A stretch of DNA of 64,000 bases from NCBI GenBank assembly GCA_051532055.1, contig JAOPTX010000042.1, positions 53,730 to 117,729 of the forward strand, read 5' to 3'. Each line of letters opens with the position of its first letter. Position 1 is the first letter of the stretch. Both the position numbers and the translations under genes were made by a program. The notes below the pieces were generated by a model. The model was given only the letters and a program-made list of their open reading frames with translations. It made no database searches and was not told the DNA's origin. Of this stretch, positions 1-10,200 are shown piece by piece. Source of the DNA: Fibrobacterales bacterium. Its GTDB lineage: Bacteria; Fibrobacterota; Fibrobacteria; Fibrobacterales; JAOPTW01.

Positions 1-123
1 TCTATATTGTTGGAGCAAATTTTGACTATCATAAATAAACAGAAAAATGTTTATTGAATGCCCTCAATTAGGGATTTATTCCCTTCAAAGACTACTTGTT
101 ATAATGAAGCGGCCTAAGGGTCG

Positions 124-2421
124 TTAATAATCGATATGATCTTCTGAATAAATAGAATATGAATCAAATATGATTGGTGCATTATTTCCATAGAGTGGAA
201 AAAAGCTGACTTTTACATAGAATGGAGACACCCCATGTGAGAGTATAGGGTTGATGTTTTTGTATGAACCATTTTTATAAAAGGTTACAGTCATCTCATC
301 TTCAACAAACGTTTCAATGGTCTCTGGTGATGTTCCGGTGGTTATGCGCATACGGACCTGAGTACTGTCTGTAAGGTTATTGGGACAGCCATGTAATGAT
401 ACATAGAACTTATCTACCGAATCAACTTTAAGAGTAAAGGAGGACTTTGTCTTCCCCCACAGTAATGGTTCAGCGGTAGACTGTTGAGTGGTACTATAAA
501 AATCAGCAGTATCGAGAGAGAGTAAATCAGTCAGACAATTGTATTTTTTAGAAGTATTCATTGAGCTTCCGTGAGACATTGAGTGGAGTGGTACGGCACT
601 GTATGAAAGATCATATGAAAATTCAGCCGCAGATTTTGGAGTGTACGTTTCTGATGGTGCAGTGAAATAACGACTGACAGATTCAAACGTTACTTTAGTA
701 ATGTCGCCGCTGGTAGAGCGGTCAAACCTGATATGAGCAGAACTCTCAGTATGCCGAAAGAGGTCGGTACTGATGGGTTGAATAGAGAAAAAACCTTGTC
801 CGGTTATCGATACAACGAGTTGACTATCTTGAACAGCAATTATTAGGGCATGCGCAGAGTCGAGAGTGTAGCGTCCGGTATAATCTTGTAATTCACTCTC
901 TGTAAGGGAAGTGGGGGTATAGGTGTTAATACTGTCAAGAAGACGGGTGTCATGATCTATGGTTTCCCTCTGTTTAGTTATGGTGTGAGAGGCCTCTGCG
1001 GTAGTATACACAATCGATAGAGGGTCTGTCGTTTTGTCGAAGGTGCAGTTAATTGAAAAGAGGGTGTTTGAAAAGTTGATTGAATCAGTTGAGCTGAGTT
1101 TAATACTCTCTTTTAGAGGTGTAATAATCCATAATGCATCATTATGTGCAATAAGGGTGAGAGAATCTGAGGAGAGAGGGGAGGTGTACATACCGGTATA
1201 GATACTCAGGAATGATGAATCTAAGGAGAGTTCAGATTGTGTAAGAGGGGTGTCGATAGGACGTTGACACCCTTCTAGATAACAGGGGGAGTCACCGAGA
1301 TGTATGTTTACAGAGTCAGTTTCGGTTAAAACACTACAAAGATAATTCTCATTACAGGAGAGGATATTATATCCGAGTGTGAGTGATTCGATATTTGATA
1401 TGAGGGGATTTCCAAGGAGCGAACTGAGGGCATTGAGTTGGGTTAATTGGTCGTGTTCATTTTGGTCGAACAAGAAGAAGACAAAGCTGTTGAGAGACAT
1501 GCCGGCAATCCAGTCATGGGTGTCATTTGGTGTATAGATATGCTCATTCCAGCGATTTTCAAGGCGGAGATTATGAATGGTCTTAGTGAGGCGCTGGTAG
1601 TGGGCACTTGCGATGGTTGCTTGTTTGAGGCGTTCTTCGAATGGTGATTCATATCCTGTTTTAGGATAGAGTCTCCGGTTGTAGGTATCCTGTATTGTTA
1701 TTCTTCCATTTGAGGAAAAAGTCGTATCAGATTCAACTAACGTAATATTTGCTCTTTTATAGAGAAACTGCTCCCATTTGTTTGAAAAACGGAGTACCCA
1801 CCGGCGTTCACTCGCTAGGTTTAAAGGAGTTAGGTGGTGGTAATCGATAAGTGAGGACCAGCTAGAATCAATTGAAGAGTCTGAGTGCATAAAACTGATG
1901 TCATGAGGGGTATCCCAGAAATAAGAGTCGGTTTGCATAGAATAGTGCTGTATGTCTGATACTTCAGTTAACGCTTGTAATGCAAGAAGAAGGGTTTGTT
2001 TGGACTGTTTTAAGCTATCCCGAAAGTGAATGAGCTCTGGGTGAATTTCATCGTCAAGTGCGCCATTTCCGTTAACATCATCATAGAGATAGATGTTCCC
2101 CAGTATTATATTGAGTGGATTGTTCAGTGAAAGTGGTGGGTTTTCAGAAAGTGTTGTTGAAAAGGGAAAAGGGAAAACTTGATGAGTAGTACTGTTTAAT
2201 GGAATAGAGTATCGAGATATACTTGATTGGTCCATTTCATTCCAAACAATAGATACTTTTGGATTGCTCATTTCATCAAGACGCGAAAATCTCCCCAGTT
2301 CAATAAGTGCCTTTCCGTTAAATGTGAGTAAAGGTTCTGCTGTTTTTTCAGGTTGGGTAATCACACCCGAATTTGTGGAAAAACATCCGGTGAGAAGGAA
2401 TAAAAGGAGAAGGATTATCAT
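124..2421 (-). CDS. Lipoprotein with two DUF3471-like modules
   Basis: 765-aa ORF; lipobox LLTGC; two repeats of L..YTG.Y......L.I......L (LSIYTGMYTS, LQDYTGRYTL). Confidence 0.7.
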   Translation of the reverse strand: MIILLLLFLLTGCFSTNSGVITQPEKTAEPLLTFNGKALIELGRFSRLDEMSNPKVSIVWNEMDQSSISRYSIPLNSTTHQVFPFPFSTTLSENPPLSLNNPLNIILGNIYLYDDVNGNGALDDEIHPELIHFRDSLKQSKQTLLLALQALTEVSDIQHYSMQTDSYFWDTPHDISFMHSDSSIDSSWSSLIDYHHLTPLNLASERRWVLRFSNKWEQFLYKRANITLVESDTTFSSNGRITIQDTYNRRLYPKTGYESPFEERLKQATIASAHYQRLTKTIHNLRLENRWNEHIYTPNDTHDWIAGMSLNSFVFFLFDQNEHDQLTQLNALSSLLGNPLISNIESLTLGYNILSCNENYLCSVLTETDSVNIHLGDSPCYLEGCQRPIDTPLTQSELSLDSSFLSIYTGMYTSPLSSDSLTLIAHNDALWIITPLKESIKLSSTDSINFSNTLFSINCTFDKTTDPLSIVYTTAEASHTITKQRETIDHDTRLLDSINTYTPTSLTESELQDYTGRYTLDSAHALIIAVQDSQLVVSITGQGFFSIQPISTDLFRHTESSAHIRFDRSTSGDITKVTFESVSRYFTAPSETYTPKSAAEFSYDLSYSAVPLHSMSHGSSMNTSKKYNCLTDLLSLDTADFYSTTQQSTAEPLLWGKTKSSFTLKVDSVDKFYVSLHGCPNNLTDSTQVRMRITTGTSPETIETFVEDEMTVTFYKNGSYKNINPILSHGVSPFYVKVSFFPLYGNNAPIIFDSYSIYSEDHIDY

Positions 2422-2678
2422 GATGTATGTCTGCTATTAGGGGTGTGGCCCTAAATGTACATTTTCAAATAAGGGAATATTTTTTCACGTGAGGATAGTG
2501 GTGGACGTCTACTATTTTTTTACCATTTCACCTCAAATTGCTCAATCTCTTTGAGGTTGTTGAGGGGCTGACGGTATCCTTAACCTTCTGTAATGAGCGT
2601 AAATATTATCTTACAAATATACTTTTGATTTAAAAATAGCTATCTTTACCAGCAATTGAGAGAACAGGTAGTTACACA

Positions 2679-3275
2679 TTGGATAGACCTTCATTTGAAA
2701 TCTTGTATGAGAAATACGCAAATATGGTATATCATGTCTGTTCTCGCTATACTAGAGATGCTGAAATAAAGCAAGAACTCTCTCAAGATATTTTCTGCAA
2801 AGTTTTTCAGAATTATGAGCGTTTCGACCAACAATACGAATATGGTACTTGGATTCATAGAATTGCGGTGAACCGGTGTATTGATTTTTATCGGAAAAAC
2901 AGAGGTATTACCGAAGAACCGATTGAGTATCTTGAAGAACGGTTTGTAGCCGATTCTCAAGTACCCCATTCAGATCCGGTCTCAGCCGTGCAGTTGGAAA
3001 AGATATTTAAATCTCTTGATGATGAAATGCGCGAGATTGTAATCCTCTCCTTTTTAGAGGGGTACTCCCATCAGGAGATTGCAGATACCTTGGGAAAAGA
3101 TCGGTCAACCATATCAAAAAAAATCCGCATATGGCAAAAGAAACTAAAAAATGATGAAGATTCTCTCTCTAAAGGTGGGGTATTTCTCTCCATTGGATTG
3201 TTTTTAGGCAGTTTCTTTTCCCTTTTTATGATGATCGTCCGTTTAATTTCTATAGGAGACGATATTAATGGCTAA
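2679..3275 (+). CDS. ECF-type RNA polymerase sigma factor with hydrophobic C-terminal extension
   Basis: sigma2 motifs (ELSQDIFCKV, TWIHRIAVNRCIDFYRK); sigma4 HTH (EGYSHQEIADTLGKDRSTISKKI). Confidence 0.9.
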   Translation: MDRPSFEILYEKYANMVYHVCSRYTRDAEIKQELSQDIFCKVFQNYERFDQQYEYGTWIHRIAVNRCIDFYRKNRGITEEPIEYLEERFVADSQVPHSDPVSAVQLEKIFKSLDDEMREIVILSFLEGYSHQEIADTLGKDRSTISKKIRIWQKKLKNDEDSLSKGGVFLSIGLFLGSFFSLFMMIVRLISIGDDING

Positions 3276-4065
3276 TAACGATAATAGAGATAGATTTGCG
3301 CACCACCCTTTTTCAACCAAGAACATTGAGTTATACCTAGTAGGTGAGTTGGATTCTGATACCGTTTCTCGTATTGAAAAACTTTCAGATAAGAATCCCC
3401 ATTTTAATCAATATATAGAAACGTTAAAAAGTAAGGAGAACCCTCAGTCTTTTTCGGAGGTATTCGCCCACTTTCAAAATGAAACCTCTTCAGAAAGAGT
3501 GGCTCAACGTGCACCTCAGAATCAAGCGGTTGATTTATTGAATAGGCTTATGGATTTTTTAGCGGCTCCATTCTACAGGCAATTAGCAGGAGCGGTAACG
3601 GCACTTCTCATTGTTGGATTCACCACTCTTTATGTTGTGCAATCCACTCAAAATGGTGAAAAAAGCATAAAGGTGTTAGCTAAGGGTGACATTAATTTTT
3701 TTCTGTTCCTGAATGATGAACGTGTTACAGAAAAGAGTACAAGGGCGGTGCGGCCTGGGACTCTATTAACCCTGCAATATAAAAACAGTGATGATTTTTA
3801 CGCTATGATTCTTTATAAAGATGATGCTGGTCCGCTCCAGCGTTACATTGCACAAGAGAATCAGGCGGTAGTGGTTCCCTTTTCTTTAAAACCTGTAACC
3901 TATCCCAAGGCAATAAAGCTCCAGGATGATTTTACCAAAGAGCAGTTGTGGATTGCGGTATCAGATGTACCCTTTACCTTTAGTGAGGTTGGTCAGCTCA
4001 TACACAACCCATCTGGTCAATCTGCCATAACTCTCAAAACATACCAACTCATCATGCAACGATAA
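3268..4065 (+). CDS. Putative anti-sigma factor (single TM, periplasmic C-domain)
   Basis: Overlaps sigma stop; N-terminal IELYLVGEL anti-sigma-like motif; TM LAGAVTALLIVGFTTLYVV. Confidence 0.65.
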   Translation: MANNDNRDRFAHHPFSTKNIELYLVGELDSDTVSRIEKLSDKNPHFNQYIETLKSKENPQSFSEVFAHFQNETSSERVAQRAPQNQAVDLLNRLMDFLAAPFYRQLAGAVTALLIVGFTTLYVVQSTQNGEKSIKVLAKGDINFFLFLNDERVTEKSTRAVRPGTLLTLQYKNSDDFYAMILYKDDAGPLQRYIAQENQAVVVPFSLKPVTYPKAIKLQDDFTKEQLWIAVSDVPFTFSEVGQLIHNPSGQSAITLKTYQLIMQR

Positions 4066-4069
4066 ATCT

Positions 4070-5662
4070 ATGAAATTTTTAATACCCATACTATTGCTCT
4101 CAATAGCGACTCTCTGCGCGTCAGTTGAACGCATTGGGATTTTTGTGGGCAACAATCAGGGTTTGATAACTGAAAAAGATTTAAAGTATGCCGATAATGA
4201 TGCTCGCCGTATGGCTGCTCAATTTCAAGAATCTAAAAACGTAGACGGAAATAATATTTTTCTTTTGGAGAATGCATCTTCTGATCAACTTTTTAATACT
4301 CTACAGAATGTGGGAAGGCAGGTGTCATTACTGAAAGATCAAGGGATTCAAAGTTTGCTTCTCTTCTATTTCTCAGGACATGGAAGTGTTGACGATCTCC
4401 ATATCAAAGGTGAGCACCTGAACAAAACAGATCTCTTTACAAGAATTGAAATGGTTGGCGCTGATGTAAAAGTGTTGATTGTAGATGCGTGTGAATCGGG
4501 GAAGTTATTGAGAAAAAAGGGTGGCTTAATTGTTGATGCCATCAAGGTGGTTCAAGTTGATTCTCTTAAGAGTAAAGGAACAGTGGTATTCACCTCAAGT
4601 GGTGTTGATGAAATTTCTCTGGAATCAGAAGAGTACAAAGGTGCGGTCTTCACGCATCATCTCATTAATGGGTTACAGGGGTTGGCGGATTATAACAATG
4701 ACCGGGAAATTGGATTATGGGAAGCATTTAATTATGCCCAAACCAGTACCCATGCGGATAATATTATTCGTCAGGCATCTCAGCAAAATCCCTCCTTTGA
4801 CTTTGATGTTGTCGGTGAGTCCGATATCTCCCTTGCGCAACTGAATGATAGTTATGCGGAAGTGGTGTTTAATGGTTTTTCTGCAGTCCCGGTTCGTATT
4901 TATAAAAGTCAGACTATGGAACTCTACAGTAGAGTGTTATTGCCGGGAAAACAACAAGTACGGTTTCGACTCCCCACCGGGAGTTATGTGGTTGCAATTG
5001 ATCGGGGCAATTATAGCGAAGCTGCCCGCATCGATTTAACCTGGTCAAACCAAGCACAGGTAGTCCCCAGTGATTTTAAAAGTTATCCTATTACTCTCTT
5101 TGCGGCCAAAGGAGGAAGTCATTATCTTCTTGCTCCCTATGGCATACAGGTGTCAGTAGGTGGTGCCGACCCTACAAACAGTCATGTTCATCAATTTGGA
5201 GTGGCGTCACCCCTGTATCATTATTCTCTGTCTGGGGTGCTTCGTACGAATCGTTTTACTCATAGAATCACTGTGGGGTATGGAAGTGATCAATTACAAT
5301 CGCCCTTGGTAACGCTCGATCGGCAGTTTCTATCTCTGGGGTATGGTCTTTCTCAATCTCTCTATACGGTACGCTATGGTGACCTTCTGATAGGAGGGCG
5401 GCTTTCCTATGTACATCTGTTACAAGAGACCTATGACGCACGCTTTGATGAGATCAATGTCTCTAATGTTAATCAGCGTACTAATAGTCAGGCGTGGATA
5501 CTGCAAGGGGGCATACCTCTTGAATGGGATCTGTATTTGCCTTTTGGATTGTGGGCTACGGTTGGGTATACTGTTTCGGCTTCTCTTTTTAAAGAATATG
5601 CGGGGGAGTATGCGGTTACCTTTAATGGTGCGCCAATGGTTTCTCTTGGGGTTATGTTTTAA
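4070..5662 (+). CDS. Secreted caspase-family (peptidase C14) protein with C-terminal beta-barrel-like region
   Basis: Signal peptide; His-Cys dyad motifs FYFSGHG and IVDACESG; GAVFTHHLINGLQGLAD; amphipathic strands ending in terminal Phe. Confidence 0.85.
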   Translation: MKFLIPILLLSIATLCASVERIGIFVGNNQGLITEKDLKYADNDARRMAAQFQESKNVDGNNIFLLENASSDQLFNTLQNVGRQVSLLKDQGIQSLLLFYFSGHGSVDDLHIKGEHLNKTDLFTRIEMVGADVKVLIVDACESGKLLRKKGGLIVDAIKVVQVDSLKSKGTVVFTSSGVDEISLESEEYKGAVFTHHLINGLQGLADYNNDREIGLWEAFNYAQTSTHADNIIRQASQQNPSFDFDVVGESDISLAQLNDSYAEVVFNGFSAVPVRIYKSQTMELYSRVLLPGKQQVRFRLPTGSYVVAIDRGNYSEAARIDLTWSNQAQVVPSDFKSYPITLFAAKGGSHYLLAPYGIQVSVGGADPTNSHVHQFGVASPLYHYSLSGVLRTNRFTHRITVGYGSDQLQSPLVTLDRQFLSLGYGLSQSLYTVRYGDLLIGGRLSYVHLLQETYDARFDEINVSNVNQRTNSQAWILQGGIPLEWDLYLPFGLWATVGYTVSASLFKEYAGEYAVTFNGAPMVSLGVMF

Positions 5663-5842
5663 TATCGCTATTGTTAACTTACAATGAGTTCATATTTAAT
5701 TTCAGGTTATTCGATATTTTGTTTTGTGTAAACGATTCAGCTGATGCCGTTAGGAATTTGGTGTGTATTGTACTCTGAGATTATTATTCATACAGATCTT
5801 TATGTGCTTATTAAAAATTAATTTGAAAATTCTTTAAAATAA

Positions 5843-5879
5843 GTCCCCAATTTTATTTTGGCCCGTTTAATTAGGTGTA
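5843..5879 (+). promoter_or_regulatory. Conserved bipartite motif copy 1 (putative ECF promoter)
   Basis: GTCCCCAA-N12-CCGTTTAATTAGGTGTA upstream of the 6015 gene; recurs at 10781 and 21666. Confidence 0.6.
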
Positions 5880-6014
5880 GATCAACGATAGTCTATATGA
5901 TTTTATGTATAAAAAGCATGATATTACTTTTTTCGTTGTGCTAAAAAACGCTATTTGAATCGGTATATATCAAATTTTTGCCTGTGATTAAATTGAATGT
6001 CAAAAAAGGAATGA

Positions 6015-9000
6015 ATGATGAAAATTATAATGATGCTACTACTTTTTGCATTGTCTATATATAGTAAAGAATGTGACCCTCAGTTAAAATGTTTTGTTGG
6101 TGTAAGTCACGATCACGCATCTAAAGAGTTTTCGAAGGAAGCAGGATGCTTTCCTGATTTAGATTTTGAAGAATATGGGGATGTAGCTGATGGGTGTGTG
6201 AGAATTTTAGAAACAGTATTGAAGGATTTACCTATCCCGAAGGACGGAGATAGATGGTCGCTTCCAAATTTGATGGATTTTGTTCTGCAATACGGCGGAG
6301 GGGTTGATGATGATGGAAATGAGTGTGATGGAATTGTTATACCACTTTCCCGGGAATGTATACAGAAATCAACTCTATTAGAAAATGTCGAATTTAATCT
6401 ACAGGGCTATATTGGGTGGGATGTAACTTCAGTGAAAAGTTTTGTTGATTTTGATTTACATGGAAAATTTGTTTATTGGACAACAAAAATGGTAGGTGGT
6501 GATGTTAGATTATTTGAGCAACTTTTTGGCTCTGAAGGTATAGGTGGACAATTTATACAAGAGTTAGAGGCGATGGTTAGTAAAGTACCCGATTTAAATG
6601 GTATACAACACACCTTTAAAGGGGCTTATGATTTTATAATACCACAAGTACCATTGGGTCAGATCTATACAGGTCTAAAATTGAATGTGCATGCATTAGC
6701 GAATGATTGGGCTGATGGGTTGGACGGTGACCTTGTAGTTAATGAAGAAATAATGTTTGAAAAAATATGTGTCGCTAAAAGTGATTGGGCACCCTATCTT
6801 AAATACCTTCAACCTTGGCCAGCGGAGTATATTCCATGGAATAATCTGGCTAATGGTGTGTATGCAGTTACTGGAAGAGAAGCTACTAATGTATTATGTA
6901 TTGGAAGTATTGTTGAACGTACATACGTTGATGAGGAATACCTTATCACAAAGCGTACCACACCAGTGGTTTGGCAAGTAACAAATTTACCAGTGACCGT
7001 TGGTGCCATTGAAATAAAAGAAAGTGGTAGTAATTTGATCATGGAAGGTGGGACCTTCCAAGTAGGCCAGGAATTAGAATTTCAATCTCTTATCAACGAT
7101 ATTGAAGGTAATAGCTATGGTGTTACATGGACTCTGGAAAGAGATGGTGAGGAGATTGATGATGACTATTACTCTAGTAGTGACCCTAGGCTTTATTATC
7201 TATTGCATAAATACAAATATGAGTTTGTTACTGAGGGAACATACACAGTAAAAATATGTGTATCTGAAAAAGGTTTAGAAGATGTGTGTACAGAAAAAGA
7301 AATTGAAGTGTTGACTGGAACTTTTGTTGAGGAAATGAATGAGGTAGACCCCCTACCAGAAGTCTTAGATGAACAATTGAGTTCAGAGGAATCAACAGAA
7401 CCTGTTGAAAGAACACCTCCTGATCAAAAATATATCACTATAAATCAAATTTGGGAAAGTGACTTTCCACAAACTGGAATTACAGGAACTCATCTTATAG
7501 AAGGGTTAGTGAGCGATTATGGATTTCCAAATTCCCAAATAAAGTCTAGAGATTGGATTTGGGAAAAACCGAGTGGAGAAATTGAGTTAGTGCCTTATAT
7601 AAATTCAAAGCAACCATTTGAATTGACTTCAACAGGTACACATAATATAAAGCTATGTGTATCGAACATATTTGATCACTATGTGTGTAATAATAAGGAA
7701 ATTGTTGTTGATTATGATATTCAAGTCTCCCCGTATCGTTGCTTAGAATATACCGTTTTGGGTGGATTACTTCCGGGTTATCCTGAAAAAGTTCCGCTTA
7801 TCGGAAATGTAAGAGTACAGACGGGATCTGATGATGGTTGTGGAAGCAGCATTATTGATGATTTGTTGTGTCAAAAGAATTATTCGGTGAATAGTGATGT
7901 TTTAAGCTCTAAATTTACAAATTCATTTAATGGCGAAGGTAACACAATAGTTATAGAAAATCAAAAAAATAATAACCTAGGGTCTATTGTGATTGGTGAG
8001 TGTGGAGGGATGTATGCAATGCATAGTAAATATAGTTATAAGGAATGGGGAGAAGGTGGAACGCCTCAAGTATCAGAAGCAGTGGTCACTTTGGAAACCC
8101 GAAGAATACAACTAAATGGCACCAATCTTGAAATTGGCTCTAAATCTACTAGGCTACTAGATTATTTACCCATCTACTCACCGGTAGCATCTGAAAACAT
8201 TGTATTTGATCGATGGAAGGGTACTCATTTTGAAGGAATGATTCGACCTCATCAAAATATAGCATCAACTAGGTTACTTAAATTTAATACCCCTGGTAGA
8301 TTTCAATATGAGATATCTCTAAGAGATAAAGCTTTTAATAGAGGTGGTCATGATTGGCTATTAGAGGGGGAAGTAATAGCAAATCTTCCAGGCATTAAAT
8401 TACTTGAATCAAGAGTGGAAAACAATTCGAGTACAGCAACATTTGAAATAACTTTACTTCTTCCTCATACCCTACCTTTGAATGATGCATGGATTCAATT
8501 TAGTGATGATACAAGAATCCCTCTAGGGTTTTTCGTTACAAATAAGAATATAGTTAGAAATGAAAAATCTAACTTAGCTAAATTTTCTTTAGATCATTAC
8601 TACAATACATCAGGTAACTATAGTGCTAAAGTGTGTACTAAGGACTATCTGTTAACCCAAATATGTAAAGACATTTTTATTAAATCATCAAATACTTCTC
8701 CCCTTGAAGTTACAATGCCAGAACACAATAAAGAGTTTTTGACTACAGGTACTGCGATTGAGTTTAATGTATCAAAAATATCCGATGAAAATATCACTCA
8801 TATAGGGTTTGAATTTGGAGATGGTACTTTTGAAAATATAGACCTTTCTACGATAGAAGATCTAGATCATGTACTATCACATAAATATAATGAAAGCGGA
8901 AAATATAATGTGACTGTCACAACATATTTTGAGGATGGTAGAAAAAGTCATCAAATTATGGAGATTGAAATAAAAGATGAACCCCTCACTCACCTCTACT

Positions 9001-9119
9001 CACAAATACTCGGTATGTATGGCACAACCATGAACAATAGCATCATGAATCAGGTCATAATGCCCAGTGTTACTATCCAACCACATATTATGCAGAACGT
9101 AATTCTACCAATGCCTTAA
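6015..9119 (+). CDS. Large secreted PKD/Ig-domain protein with conserved 47-aa C-terminal tail (candidate cargo 1)
   Basis: 1034 aa; RBS AAGGA; signal peptide; PKD-like motifs (FEFGDG...HKYNESGKYNVTVT); tail shared with the 10858 gene. Confidence 0.8.
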   Translation: MMKIIMMLLLFALSIYSKECDPQLKCFVGVSHDHASKEFSKEAGCFPDLDFEEYGDVADGCVRILETVLKDLPIPKDGDRWSLPNLMDFVLQYGGGVDDDGNECDGIVIPLSRECIQKSTLLENVEFNLQGYIGWDVTSVKSFVDFDLHGKFVYWTTKMVGGDVRLFEQLFGSEGIGGQFIQELEAMVSKVPDLNGIQHTFKGAYDFIIPQVPLGQIYTGLKLNVHALANDWADGLDGDLVVNEEIMFEKICVAKSDWAPYLKYLQPWPAEYIPWNNLANGVYAVTGREATNVLCIGSIVERTYVDEEYLITKRTTPVVWQVTNLPVTVGAIEIKESGSNLIMEGGTFQVGQELEFQSLINDIEGNSYGVTWTLERDGEEIDDDYYSSSDPRLYYLLHKYKYEFVTEGTYTVKICVSEKGLEDVCTEKEIEVLTGTFVEEMNEVDPLPEVLDEQLSSEESTEPVERTPPDQKYITINQIWESDFPQTGITGTHLIEGLVSDYGFPNSQIKSRDWIWEKPSGEIELVPYINSKQPFELTSTGTHNIKLCVSNIFDHYVCNNKEIVVDYDIQVSPYRCLEYTVLGGLLPGYPEKVPLIGNVRVQTGSDDGCGSSIIDDLLCQKNYSVNSDVLSSKFTNSFNGEGNTIVIENQKNNNLGSIVIGECGGMYAMHSKYSYKEWGEGGTPQVSEAVVTLETRRIQLNGTNLEIGSKSTRLLDYLPIYSPVASENIVFDRWKGTHFEGMIRPHQNIASTRLLKFNTPGRFQYEISLRDKAFNRGGHDWLLEGEVIANLPGIKLLESRVENNSSTATFEITLLLPHTLPLNDAWIQFSDDTRIPLGFFVTNKNIVRNEKSNLAKFSLDHYYNTSGNYSAKVCTKDYLLTQICKDIFIKSSNTSPLEVTMPEHNKEFLTTGTAIEFNVSKISDENITHIGFEFGDGTFENIDLSTIEDLDHVLSHKYNESGKYNVTVTTYFEDGRKSHQIMEIEIKDEPLTHLYSQILGMYGTTMNNSIMNQVIMPSVTIQPHIMQNVILPMP

Positions 9120-9181
9120 ATTCCATTATCAATTATTAAAAATCTGTTACCAAATAAGAAATTAAATTAAAAGGATAAATA

Positions 9182-9544
9182 ATGAAAATACTAACAAATA
9201 TCATTAGAACAACAATTGCTACCTGTGTACTTTTCGGAACTATTAATGCTGGTACTGTAGGTTCTGCTTCTTCAAATATTAAAAATATTACATACCACAC
9301 TAAAGATACAGGTCACTATGAAAACCTAGATTGGAATGGTAAATATTGGTTTTCAATTGATACAGAAATTGCAGATTGTCCTAGTGTTAGTGGTGGTGGT
9401 GCTTTACTAGGAGTTTCTAATGCGGACAAGGAAGTACTTGGACTACTTTTAACAGCTAAAGTAACTGAACAGAAAGTAACTGTATTCACAGATCCAGCTA
9501 AGCTTGTTTCAGGATATTGTCAAATGTCATACATTAAGATGTAA
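9182..9544 (+). CDS. Small secreted protein, AB5 B-subunit-like candidate (divergent member)
   Basis: 120 aa; AAGGA RBS; signal peptide; VLGLLLTAKVTEQKVTVFTD motif; two Cys in mature part. Confidence 0.75.
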   Translation: MKILTNIIRTTIATCVLFGTINAGTVGSASSNIKNITYHTKDTGHYENLDWNGKYWFSIDTEIADCPSVSGGGALLGVSNADKEVLGLLLTAKVTEQKVTVFTDPAKLVSGYCQMSYIKM

Positions 9545-9572
9545 TAATAACAAATATTTAAATGGAATAATT

Positions 9573-9917
9573 ATGAAAATGTTAAAACAAATGATGATTG
9601 TAATGGGTCTATTAGGTTCACTGATTTCAGTTAATGCTGCTTTATGTTCAAATGTCATTATAAAAAATATCTATGCTGAAAGTGATCGATATGATGACGC
9701 GAAAACACTTTCGAATAAGTTGGTAGTAGAGCCTGTTGAGCAATGTGGAGCTAAGAAGTATTTTTATGTTGGACTTGATAAACCAGCTTATGGAGCTATG
9801 TTGACTATGCTATTGACATCTATGAGTTCAGGACAAGGTTTAGATATTGCAATTGATGAGGAAGATAATTCAACGTTTCAATCATCTAGAATGATTTATG
9901 TAAGATTAAAAAAATAA
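9573..9917 (+). CDS. Small secreted paralogue
   Basis: Start moved from 9504 to ATG 9573 (MKMLKQMM, as in paralogues); PAYGAMLTMLLTSMSSGQGLDI. Confidence 0.8.
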   Translation: MKMLKQMMIVMGLLGSLISVNAALCSNVIIKNIYAESDRYDDAKTLSNKLVVEPVEQCGAKKYFYVGLDKPAYGAMLTMLLTSMSSGQGLDIAIDEEDNSTFQSSRMIYVRLKK

Positions 9918-10076
9918 TGGAATTGTATATAGCACAGTTTTTCTCATGAGTAGGTACACTGATTCTAGTAGTGATCTTATGCTAAGCTCATGTCGAAATT
10001 GTGGTTGTTAATCTCTTAGGTGGATCTTTAATCTATCTCTTATCCATAATAATCAGTAGGTATGGCACAATGTGAA

Positions 10077-10110
10077 TGCCAGTCTCATGAATTTGGTCAT
10101 GAGACTGGCA
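10077..10110. repeat. 14-bp perfect inverted repeat
   Basis: TGCCAGTCTCATGA-ATTTGG-TCATGAGACTGGCA; third partial copy GCCAGTCTCA at 10117-10126. Confidence 0.85.
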
Positions 10111-10124
10111 ACGCTAGCCAGTCT

Positions 10125-10160
10125 CACATAATGTAAAATGTCATTTTATCAATGCCTTAA
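10125..10160 (+). repeat. Orphan copy of large-gene 3' end
   Basis: CACATAATGTAAAATGTCATTTTATCAATGCCTTAA vs CACATAATGCAAAACGTGATATTACCAATGCCTTAA (17221-17256). Confidence 0.9.
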
Positions 10161-10200
10161 ATTTTAAGGACAACTAACAATAATAAAAAAGGAAAAAATA

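Noticed and set aside
9504..9572. N-terminal extension of the 137-aa ORF
   Set aside because: Overlaps the upstream gene; paralogues and RBS indicate a start at 9573
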